Shown here: positions 1-8,900 of the stretch, one piece after another
Numbering within the stretch: position 1 is the first letter of the stretch
Layout: the number at the start of each line of letters is the position of its first letter
Source: Caldisericia bacterium
GTDB taxonomy: Bacteria > Caldisericota > Caldisericia > JAAYUI01
Assembly (NCBI GenBank): GCA_963674785.1
Contig: OY771555.1
Span: 1,664,001 to 1,728,000 of the forward strand
DNA length: 64,000 nucleotides
Reading direction: 5' to 3'
Made by a program: the position numbers and the translations under genes
Notes under the pieces: generated by a model
What the model saw: the letters and a program-made list of their open reading frames with translations, nothing else
The model's database searches: none
What the model was told of the DNA's origin: nothing

Positions 1-177
1 TGGATTGGAAAACAAGTAGGAAAAAAGAATGGACAAACCTGGGACATGGGAAAAGCACCTCAGATCGTGAATGGAAGATCATTGGTTCCTCTTAGAGCGA
101 TCTCAGAAGGTCTTGGTGCAGATGTTGGTTGGGAAGGCGCAACAAAGAAAATCACAATCACTCACCCAAAACAGTAA
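1..177 (+). CDS. 3' end of a protein with a C-terminal copper amine oxidase N-terminal-like (stalk) domain (partial)
   Basis: Frame 1 is open from the window start to TAA at 175-177: WIGKQVGKKNGQTWDMGKAPQIVNGRSLVPLRAISEGLGADVGWEGATKKITITHPKQ, matching the P-x-I-x-x-G-R-x-x-VPLR-x-I-x-E-x-LG-x-x-V-x-W signature. Confidence 0.85.
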   Translation, partial: WIGKQVGKKNGQTWDMGKAPQIVNGRSLVPLRAISEGLGADVGWEGATKKITITHPKQ

Positions 178-216
178 ATAGTGATACCCCTTAAATTGGG
201 TGCCACTTGAAATAAT

Positions 217-256
217 AAAAACCGAGGATAACTTTTTCGTTGACCTCGGTTTTTTT
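217..256 (+). terminator. Intrinsic terminator, possibly bidirectional
   Basis: AAAAACCGAGG...CCTCGGTTTTTTT stem followed by a T-run, downstream of the partial CDS. Confidence 0.75.
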
Positions 257-275
257 ATAGGAAGAAGGTGGATCA

Positions 276-1259
276 ATGTTTAAGAGAAGAAAAAAGAAGA
301 ATGAAATTGTCCAAAAGAAGCCAAAAAAGGGTTGGTTTAATAGGTTCACCTTAGCTAAACTGAAACGATCAGTTGCTAGTGAATTCGGAAGATTCTTTCT
401 TATTGCTCTAGGTTCAGTTATCAGTGGTGTTGCTGCAGCAATTTTTTTCATTCCGAATCATATTTCGCCTGGTGGGTTGAATAGTATCGGTATCATTTTG
501 AACCATGCATTTGGTTTGAAGGTTGGTATTGCATATATCTTGATGAATATTCCATTTTTCACATGGGCTCTTTTTCTTCTGGGGTATAGATATTTGCTTA
601 GAACAGCTTTTGCGATATTGATTTTTATGTTCGCAATTGATTTTACACCTGTGCTTCTTGGATCGTATATTGATGCATTTGCTCAATTTGACTTGGTACT
701 CGCATCTGTTTTTGGGGGTGCGATGACAGGGCTTGGAATAGGTATCGTTTATAAAAATGGTGCAAGTATGGGTGGAACCGATATAATCTCTCAACTCGTC
801 AGCTTCTCAACGAATATGCCCTATGGGTCAGCTGTGCTTTTCTTTGACTCTCTGATGATTCTTACTCTCACAACATATTTCGTTTTTGCGGGTGGAGTTT
901 TTGATCTTGGTCGAATCGAGCTTGCTCTTTATTCTGGTGTAGCTCTTTTTGTTAGCTCAAGAGTTATTGATACTGTTCAAGCAGGAATGACTGCAACAAA
1001 GATGGTGATTATAATCACTAATCAGATCGAACCTGTCAGAAGGGCTATTCTTCACAGAATAGACAAAGGTGTAACAATTCTCGAAGGTATGGGTGGATAT
1101 AGTCTTGAAAAAAGAAATATGGTTTTTTGTGCAATCCCAAGGTCACAGATTGGTAGAGTCAAAGAAGTAATTTCTACAATTGACCCAAATGCGTTTATCA
1201 TGGTTACGAATCTTTCAGAGACTAAGGGTAAGGGTTTTGAAAAGAAGCTCCCTAAATAA
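276..1259 (+). CDS. YitT family membrane protein (DUF161 + C-terminal DUF2179)
   Basis: PGGLNSIG, NIPFF, GASMGGTDII, KGVTILEGMGGYS and IDPNAFI motifs; multiple TM segments. Confidence 0.88.
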   Translation: MFKRRKKKNEIVQKKPKKGWFNRFTLAKLKRSVASEFGRFFLIALGSVISGVAAAIFFIPNHISPGGLNSIGIILNHAFGLKVGIAYILMNIPFFTWALFLLGYRYLLRTAFAILIFMFAIDFTPVLLGSYIDAFAQFDLVLASVFGGAMTGLGIGIVYKNGASMGGTDIISQLVSFSTNMPYGSAVLFFDSLMILTLTTYFVFAGGVFDLGRIELALYSGVALFVSSRVIDTVQAGMTATKMVIIITNQIEPVRRAILHRIDKGVTILEGMGGYSLEKRNMVFCAIPRSQIGRVKEVISTIDPNAFIMVTNLSETKGKGFEKKLPK

Positions 1260-1358
1260 TCATCTGTTTTTATTGATGTGACATATACTTTCGTCTTGAG
1301 ATCGATAAGAGTTACATGTATTTTTTTGAATACCAAGTGAAAGCAAAATCCATGTTGA

Positions 1359-1408
1359 CTTATATTCATACTCTATTAAAGGATACTTTAATAGAGTATG
1401 AATATAAG
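1359..1408. repeat. Perfect 23-bp inverted repeat with 4-nt spacer
   Basis: CTTATATTCATACTCTATTAAAG-GATA-CTTTAATAGAGTATGAATATAAG. Confidence 0.95.
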
Positions 1409-1447
1409 AATTAACCCTCTAATCATAACTAATTCTTTTGATAAAAT

Positions 1448-1484
1448 AAAAATGGGGGAGAAACATTTTTCTCCCCCATTTTTT
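1448..1484. terminator. Bidirectional intrinsic terminator between convergent genes
   Basis: AAAAATGGGGGAGAAA-cat-TTTTTCTCCCCCATTTTTT; A/T runs on both sides. Confidence 0.85.
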
Positions 1485-1501
1485 GGATTTGTAAATCTAT
1501 T

Positions 1502-4500
1502 CTACGGCTCCATCTTCAATGTCATCGTAATAGTCTTTGTTGCACCATCCCATCCAACCTCTGCTCCAAGTGCCTCAGCAATAAACCTAAATGGTAACAT
1601 TGTAGAACCTGAAACAATCTGAGGTGCTGGACTAACCTTTCTAGATTCATTATTAACCATAGCATCCTCAGAGTTTACATAGAGTATAATAGTTGAATCA
1701 CCAAGAGTAATAATAACAGACTTAGTAGAAGCAACCCATTCAACTTCAGCACCAAATGCCTCAGATACAGCCCTTACTGGAACCATAGTGCTTCCAGAGA
1801 TAACTGTTGGAGGAGGATTAATACTTTTATCTTCACCAGATACTGTCATCACATTAGAACCAATCTGCATAGTAACAACTAACTCATAAAGGTTTGTAAC
1901 AGAAATACTTGTCCTTGTCTCATTATCGGACATATCCGTTGCTATCACTTCAAACTCATTGATGCTTGGAGCTGCTTCGACTGGGACGGATACTTTGTAT
2001 ATATATTTTTCTTTATCGGATGTTCTCTCTCCAACCCCTTTTCCGATAACAATCAAGCATGGTTCGTCAACCTCAATTGTTACTTCAAAAGATTTTGCAT
2101 TTTTAATGACCTTTTCAGCACTGATATCTTTGATCTTTGGTTTTACTGTGTCTGGAGGGGTTGTAAAGCTCACAGGCACAACAAGTCTTCCACCTTTTCT
2201 CCATTCAAGGATTATTTTCCCGTTGTATTTTTGACCATAGAGCAGACCACTTGTGTTGACTGAGAAAGAAACCTCATTATTTGATTTGTCTTGTACGGTT
2301 ATTTCTTTTGTCTCAATTTCTAACCAAGCAGCATCGCATGAGGCGGTTATGTCTAGCCATATATCTGCTGTGTTATTGATCGAAAGCTTATCTTTGAAGT
2401 CATAAGTTTCGCCAACCTCTAGTTCTCCCAGATCAAATTCATTTGGGCTGACCATTGGCCCCTTAGTTTGTGCTCTGACCCAAATCTCTGAGCTTCCATA
2501 ACTCCAATCAACAATTATCTTTGCTTCAAGAGTCGCACCCAATGTAAGCTCTTTTTTATTGACCTTGAGAAGCAACAAACCAGATCCTTTTCTGATAAGG
2601 CTGAATCTGTCATGATCAAGTTTAAGCCATTTGCTTTCGCATTCAAGTCTAACCTTTATTGGTCTAACAGAGCGGTTTTTAAACATTATTTCCGTCTCGG
2701 GTTCATCTTCTGAATCAAGCAATCCAAAATCAATTTTCTCTATGAACTCGGGTGATATTCTGTCAACAACCTTTACGGTTACGACTTCTTTTGCATCCCT
2801 ATGTTGAATATAAACATAGCATTTTCCAGTTCCTTTTGCGGTGATCACTCCATTTGTATCAACTGAACATATGTTGTCGTTTGAGGATGCAAAAGAAACA
2901 ATTGGGTCGGCAATCTTGTATCCATTTTCATCAATAACTGCTGGCTCGAGTTGATATGTATCATCCAATTCAACTCCGACACTTTTACTTGGAATATCTA
3001 TCTTTGTTGGTTCGCCATATGGAATCCCTTTGAATTTGTAAAGAATATGTTTGCCATCAACATTTTTATTTTTTTGCGTAACAATTAGAAATCTACCATT
3101 CGTAATAATTGGTTCAGCACGAGAGTAACCTAATATTTTCTTTTCCCATGTTTTTTCACCAGTTTTCCTGTCAACTCTATACAGAAGAGTTTTTCCTTCA
3201 TTATTGGCTCGAGCAGTTATGTACAGACCATATTTTGTTATTAGGGGTGGTGCATAGATTGGATAGGTCTTTTCAAAGTGTCTGTGTTTCCATAAAACTT
3301 CATTATCGATAATATCGATGTTATAAATTTCACCATCTTCAGTTCCAAAATAAAGGTTATTCCCAAAAATTGAAAACTCTCCCACTGTTCCTACAATTCT
3401 TTTTTTCCATAATAAATTACCCGTTTCTATGTTAATTACATGGATATCTGATACTCCGCTATCTGGGTCATCTTCAATCAAATGTTTATTGCATAGAACA
3501 ATATAATTCCCATTAGAAACCATATAAGAATAATTGACAAATGGATAGTTCCAATTTTCAATTCCGCTTGATTTGCTTATGCTTTTTACATATCCATTGT
3601 AGCCATCGTCCATGTGGTCAAAAATAACAGCATCTTTTGTTGTAATGGGGTGTGTCCAAATTGTATACCTTGTTTCTCTGTCAGTGAAAAGATTAGATAG
3701 TTCTTTTGTTTTTACATTAAATCTATAGAATTCATTGTCAAATGAAAAGAAGATATTATCACTACTAATTGTTAATTGGGGATTACCGATAAATGTAGAA
3801 GTATTAAAAAATCGGCTTGTGAGTTTCTTGTAGAATACTTCTCTTCCTGTTTTTAGCTCCAAGCATTTTATTCCTCTCATGCAACCAAAATAAATCTTAT
3901 CGTCTGATCTTACGATTCCACCCAAGTATCCAAGCCATAAATCTTCTGTCTTCCATCGGTGAGCTCCGTCATCAAAATTTAAGCAGTGTAAATCAAAGCC
4001 ATGGAGAATAATTTTATTATCAAAACAGTATATGTGGTTTATGAATTTATATTGATCATCATACCAATCGTAGGTGATCTCAAAGTCTTTTGACCATTCT
4101 TTTTCTAGTCCTGGTGCATTTATTGAACACTCAAATGGCACGGTGTTTGAGTTATTATTGTCGTAACCAAGTTCATTCCATCCCTCGCATTCATCAAAAT
4201 TCTCCTCCTCCAAGTCATCGATTTGATTTATATAAGCTCTTACGCTGATATTTCTTTTGATGTCGCCTGTTTTTACTGTAATTAATCCAGCTAAGAGGTT
4301 CGAGTCATTTGGAGTGCTTCCGTAGCTGATCGAGGTTTCAATAGTTTTTTTATCCCCTGGTTTAATTGTAAAGGATGTGGATGTAAGTTTTATCCACGGT
4401 TTATCAGGAGTCAATCGGTATGACTGTTTCTTTTCTGTGTCGTTTTTAAAAGTTATCTCTTCGTAAATGTTATCTCCAAGTTCAATACTTCCAAAGTTTA

Positions 4501-5722
4501 CGGTTGATGGATAGATACTTGAGACCTCGTAACACTCGATATCACCTTTTGTTGAGATTGTGTAAACTTTTTCATTTGCAACAATTGGATTTGATGCATG
4601 TGGATTTATCGAGTCGGTTTCCCAGTATACCTCACCAGTTTTTTTGTCACATACCATCATTGTTGTATCAGAAACTGTGTATAGGAAGTTATCGGTTACG
4701 GTCGGACTTCCAACTGGATACCTGGATTCTGTTTTCCAAACTAGTTTTCCGGTGTCTTTGTTTAGGCAAGAGAGGTGATAGATATCAAACATTGAATAAT
4801 TAAGAGATTTTTCATTACATCCTGTGTAGAAGTATACATGATCATCGTCGATTGTTGGAGATTTATAAATCCCAATATCTGTATCGAATGTCCAGTTGAT
4901 TGAGCCATCTTCAGCGCTCAGGGAATAAAGTCCGCCTTTGTCTGATCCAACGTAGATAATATAATCATTGAATGTAATTTCTGATCCAAATTCTTCTAGG
5001 TTTACCCTTTTTTTGGATGTCCAATTATTCTTTCCGCTATCTGCGTGTATGCTTCTAACGAAACCATTTGTATCAACAAAAAAAATGAATCCATTTGTAC
5101 AAATCAATGGTGCATCTGAACACTCGAAGTCTTGAATCCACTTCTTTGTGCCGTCTTTTGCAGATAAACACCCAATATAACCCTCTGAATTATTGAAGAA
5201 AAGATTTCCATTCGAATCAATTATCGGATCACTTGAAAACTTATATTCCGAACTGTAAATCCAAGAGACCGCGCCATTACTGGAGTCAAAACCAACTATG
5301 ACATTGTTTTGTGCTTCTGTTTCGTTGTGCGAAGACCCAATGTAAGCGGTTGTTTCATCAAAGTAGACACCTGAAGAAAACCAGTCACAGTAAAATGGAA
5401 ACTCAGTTTTCCAAACTTCTTTTCCGCTTTCAGAGTCAATACAAACTGAATTAATTTGTTTTGATCCGATTTCATGTGTTAAGGAGTAGATTTTTTTATT
5501 TGCGATAATCGGCGTCTTCTGGTTTGTTTCACCATTATTTGAGTACCATAACTGAGATAGTTCCGCAATCTCTGGGCCACACTTTATGTATGGATTTCTG
5601 CTCCCATTGTATCCCGACATTATCCATTCACAGCTATTAGTTTCCGCAATTGTAGGATTATTCTGAATTACGACAATTGAAAGCAAGAGCACGAAACTAA
5701 GTAAAATTCTTGATATTTTCAT
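1502..5722 (-). CDS. Secreted/surface protein: signal peptide, two PQQ-like beta-propellers, BACON x3, Big_2 Ig domain, C-terminal Cu-amine-oxidase-N (stalk) domain
   Basis: Start moved to ATG 5722 (MKISRILL, GGAGG SD); repeated ..D..TG...W propeller blades; PWIKL/KWLKL/AWLEI BACON motifs; SSNDNICSVDTNGVITAKGTG Big_2; two stalk half-repeats at the C-terminus. Confidence 0.85.
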   Translation of the reverse strand: MKISRILLSFVLLLSIVVIQNNPTIAETNSCEWIMSGYNGSRNPYIKCGPEIAELSQLWYSNNGETNQKTPIIANKKIYSLTHEIGSKQINSVCIDSESGKEVWKTEFPFYCDWFSSGVYFDETTAYIGSSHNETEAQNNVIVGFDSSNGAVSWIYSSEYKFSSDPIIDSNGNLFFNNSEGYIGCLSAKDGTKKWIQDFECSDAPLICTNGFIFFVDTNGFVRSIHADSGKNNWTSKKRVNLEEFGSEITFNDYIIYVGSDKGGLYSLSAEDGSINWTFDTDIGIYKSPTIDDDHVYFYTGCNEKSLNYSMFDIYHLSCLNKDTGKLVWKTESRYPVGSPTVTDNFLYTVSDTTMMVCDKKTGEVYWETDSINPHASNPIVANEKVYTISTKGDIECYEVSSIYPSTVNFGSIELGDNIYEEITFKNDTEKKQSYRLTPDKPWIKLTSTSFTIKPGDKKTIETSISYGSTPNDSNLLAGLITVKTGDIKRNISVRAYINQIDDLEEENFDECEGWNELGYDNNNSNTVPFECSINAPGLEKEWSKDFEITYDWYDDQYKFINHIYCFDNKIILHGFDLHCLNFDDGAHRWKTEDLWLGYLGGIVRSDDKIYFGCMRGIKCLELKTGREVFYKKLTSRFFNTSTFIGNPQLTISSDNIFFSFDNEFYRFNVKTKELSNLFTDRETRYTIWTHPITTKDAVIFDHMDDGYNGYVKSISKSSGIENWNYPFVNYSYMVSNGNYIVLCNKHLIEDDPDSGVSDIHVINIETGNLLWKKRIVGTVGEFSIFGNNLYFGTEDGEIYNIDIIDNEVLWKHRHFEKTYPIYAPPLITKYGLYITARANNEGKTLLYRVDRKTGEKTWEKKILGYSRAEPIITNGRFLIVTQKNKNVDGKHILYKFKGIPYGEPTKIDIPSKSVGVELDDTYQLEPAVIDENGYKIADPIVSFASSNDNICSVDTNGVITAKGTGKCYVYIQHRDAKEVVTVKVVDRISPEFIEKIDFGLLDSEDEPETEIMFKNRSVRPIKVRLECESKWLKLDHDRFSLIRKGSGLLLLKVNKKELTLGATLEAKIIVDWSYGSSEIWVRAQTKGPMVSPNEFDLGELEVGETYDFKDKLSINNTADIWLDITASCDAAWLEIETKEITVQDKSNNEVSFSVNTSGLLYGQKYNGKIILEWRKGGRLVVPVSFTTPPDTVKPKIKDISAEKVIKNAKSFEVTIEVDEPCLIVIGKGVGERTSDKEKYIYKVSVPVEAAPSINEFEVIATDMSDNETRTSISVTNLYELVVTMQIGSNVMTVSGEDKSINPPPTVISGSTMVPVRAVSEAFGAEVEWVASTKSVIITLGDSTIILYVNSEDAMVNNESRKVSPAPQIVSGSTMLPFRFIAEALGAEVGWDGATKTITMTLKMEP
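1503..1987. repeat. Copy 1 of a 485-bp direct repeat (identical to 5940-6424)
   Basis: Base-by-base reading found no mismatch; offset 4437 bp; encodes the last ~161 aa of both paralogs. Confidence 0.93.
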
Positions 5723-5889
5723 GATTCCTCCGATTTGATGTTTTGAATCAAACAATTCTTATGGGGTTGGATGCCTTGAGTTAAAATATCCACGAATGAT
5801 AAATATACACAAAATGACTTAAAACTCAACATTTATCACCTGAAAGTTATAAGCTAATTGTAAACAAATTTTAAAATCTCCCAACTGGA

Positions 5890-5919
5890 CTACCCTGGGA
5901 GGCAATCCTCCCAGGGTAG
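5890..5919. terminator. GC-rich 13-bp hairpin after the 5939-10333 gene (terminator or mRNA-stabilising stem)
   Basis: CTACCCTGGGAGG-CAAT-CCTCCCAGGGTAG; no clear U-tract on the minus strand. Confidence 0.55.
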
Positions 5920-5938
5920 AAATTATTACTATCTTCTC

Positions 5939-8900
5939 TTACGGCTCCATCTTCAATGTCATCGTAATAGTCTTTGTTGCACCATCCCATCCAACCTCTG
6001 CTCCAAGTGCCTCAGCAATAAACCTAAATGGTAACATTGTAGAACCTGAAACAATCTGAGGTGCTGGACTAACCTTTCTAGATTCATTATTAACCATAGC
6101 ATCCTCAGAGTTTACATAGAGTATAATAGTTGAATCACCAAGAGTAATAATAACAGACTTAGTAGAAGCAACCCATTCAACTTCAGCACCAAATGCCTCA
6201 GATACAGCCCTTACTGGAACCATAGTGCTTCCAGAGATAACTGTTGGAGGAGGATTAATACTTTTATCTTCACCAGATACTGTCATCACATTAGAACCAA
6301 TCTGCATAGTAACAACTAACTCATAAAGGTTTGTAACAGAAATACTTGTCCTTGTCTCATTATCGGACATATCCGTTGCTATCACTTCAAACTCATTGAT
6401 GCTTGGAGCTGCTTCGACTGGGACAGTTGCTATATAGATGTACTCTGATCTATCTTCATCTTCAACAGGATCCTTTATGGTAGGATCTGTTATTTCATCA
6501 GATGGCTCTATCTCATCATTTTCATCAATTGGTTCCTCGACTACCTCATCAGGATCAGTATCTTCAGATTCATCGTCCACGTCTTCTTCCTCGACCGTTT
6601 CCTCATCGGGTTCAGCCAGTGGGTCAATCGCCTCGATTTCACCGACCATCACAACACAAGGTTCGTCAGTTGTTATTCTTATTTCACATTCGGATGCGTT
6701 TACAAGTTCTCCAACTTCAATATCAATAATTTCAGGTGAGACATCATCGGGTGGAGTAACAAAAGTTATTGGGATTTCGATGTGTCCACCTTTTCTCCAA
6801 GACAAAACGACATTTCCATTATAGGTTTTTCCAAGTTTCAGTCCCTCTGTGTTTATGGAAACTGAAAGTTTTTCGTCTTTCATTTTTTCGAGTGTAAACT
6901 CTTCTGGTTTAACTGTTAACCATGGAGCATCTGTGTCTGCAGTTACGTCTACCCATATTGATGCAGTATTGTTTATAAGGATTGAATCTTCAAAATCAAA
7001 CTCTTCATTAAGTCTAAGTTCTTCAAGCTCCAATTCATTTGGACTAGCTTGTGGTCCTTTGGTTTTTACTTTTACCAGAACCTCAGAAGTCCCATATCCC
7101 CAGTCGACACTAATCTTTGTCTGAAGTTCGGCACCCAATGTAAGCTCTGTGCTTTCAAGACTTAAAACCAGCATTCCTGAACCTTTGCTAATCATCTTGA
7201 ATTTATCATGATCAAGAGAAAGCCAACCACATTCGTTTTCAAGTTTGACTGTGATTGGTTTAATAGATTTATTTTGGATTACCAATTCTATCTGTGGGTT
7301 TTCATCAACATCTATTAGACCAAAATCAACTTCTGTTTCGAATTCTGGATCGATTTCAGCAACTACCTCAATGCTAACCGTGGTTTTTACGGTTCCAATA
7401 GTTATGGTTATCTCGCAAGTTCCAACTGCTTTTGCTTCAATTGTTCCATCTTCGGAAACTGTACAGATTTCTTCATCGCTTGATTCAAAAATGAGTTCAG
7501 GATTAGGAATAGTGTAGCCATTTTCATCTTTTACACTTAAATCAAGAGCAAGTGTGTCTTCAATCTCTATTGTTATTTTTTCTTCATCAATTTTAATCTC
7601 AGCAGGATCACCGATTGGTGCACCTTTGAAGTTATAGATTCTTTGAGAGCCTTCACCTTCAGTCATTACCAAAACCCTGCCGTCGGCAATAGCAATATTT
7701 CCGATTGGTTCACCTTTTAATCTGTCATACTTCCAAGTAACATCTCCCATTCTTTCAATATCAAGCCTATAAATGGTAGAAAAATCATCATCTTCATTTG
7801 AAGCCGCAACAAATAGACCTCCATTTGTCACAATGCAGTCTAGCTGTATAGTTCCGCTAAGATGTTTTTTCCATTTTACAACATATTTATCTAGTGATGT
7901 ACAAATCACATCGCCGTCATGTGTTGCAAACATTAGTGCATCCTCAGTTACTGCGAAAGAGCTATATATCTCGGATTTGAACTCAGTCTTCCATACTTCT
8001 TTTTTTGTTTTAATATCAAGGCATGCGATTGTTGAGTTTTCGATTTTTCCATTCTCAAGCTCTTCATCGGTTCTCTTTTTTGCCTTGTTAACAAACAGAT
8101 ATTTTTCGTTCGCGGCTAATCCTCTATACATGTAATCATCTGATTCATTGAGAGACCATTCTTTTTTATTAGTTTTTTTATTCAAGCAAATCGTATCACC
8201 ATTATTGCTTATGATAATGTACTTATCGGTGACTATTGGGTGTGTTTCTAAAACGAATGCATCTTCGTCGGTATATATCAATTCTGCTTCTTTGCTAGAG
8301 GTTGGCATGGCGTATAAAGAGTTTTCAAAGGTGAAGTATATAGTATCATCAAATACTGTCGGTTGAGGTTGGGTATATATTGTGGTAAAGTTGAAGAGAT
8401 CATCGTTGATGATTTCTTCGAAAGTTTTCCTTCCTGTGTCTTGGTTAACGCTGCTTATCCCCTCAGGTGTTCCAAAGTAAATGCTACCATCATGCCTTAC
8501 GATAGAACAATCCTCGGCAAGCTCCTCTTCGGTTGTATTCCACCTTTTCTTAAATGTTTGAAGATTGTGGCAATACAAGTCTTCTCCTCTAAGAACAATC
8601 TTGTTATCGAAGGCATAGACATTCCTAATCTCATCTTTTGTGTTTATCTTCTGCTCCCACTCAAGATCTAAAACAGGTGAAATTGGAGCACATGGACTGT
8701 CAATTGAGTTTGAGTCGTAACTGTCTGAGTTAAGCTCATTCCACCCGTCACATTCTGTGAAATCTCCTTGTGAGCCGTCATCAGGTCTCTTGATATAGGC
8801 GTCAACACTTATATCTTTTGAGTTCCCATCCCATTTAACCGTGATTTTTCCGTATAAGATGTTTTCATCCTTAGGAATTCTATCATAATCAAGTGTAACA

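Noticed and set aside
1503-6424. 485-bp repeat pair as a diversity-generating retroelement TR/VR
   Set aside because: No adenine-specific mismatches (the copies are identical), both copies are coding, and no reverse transcriptase is present in the window
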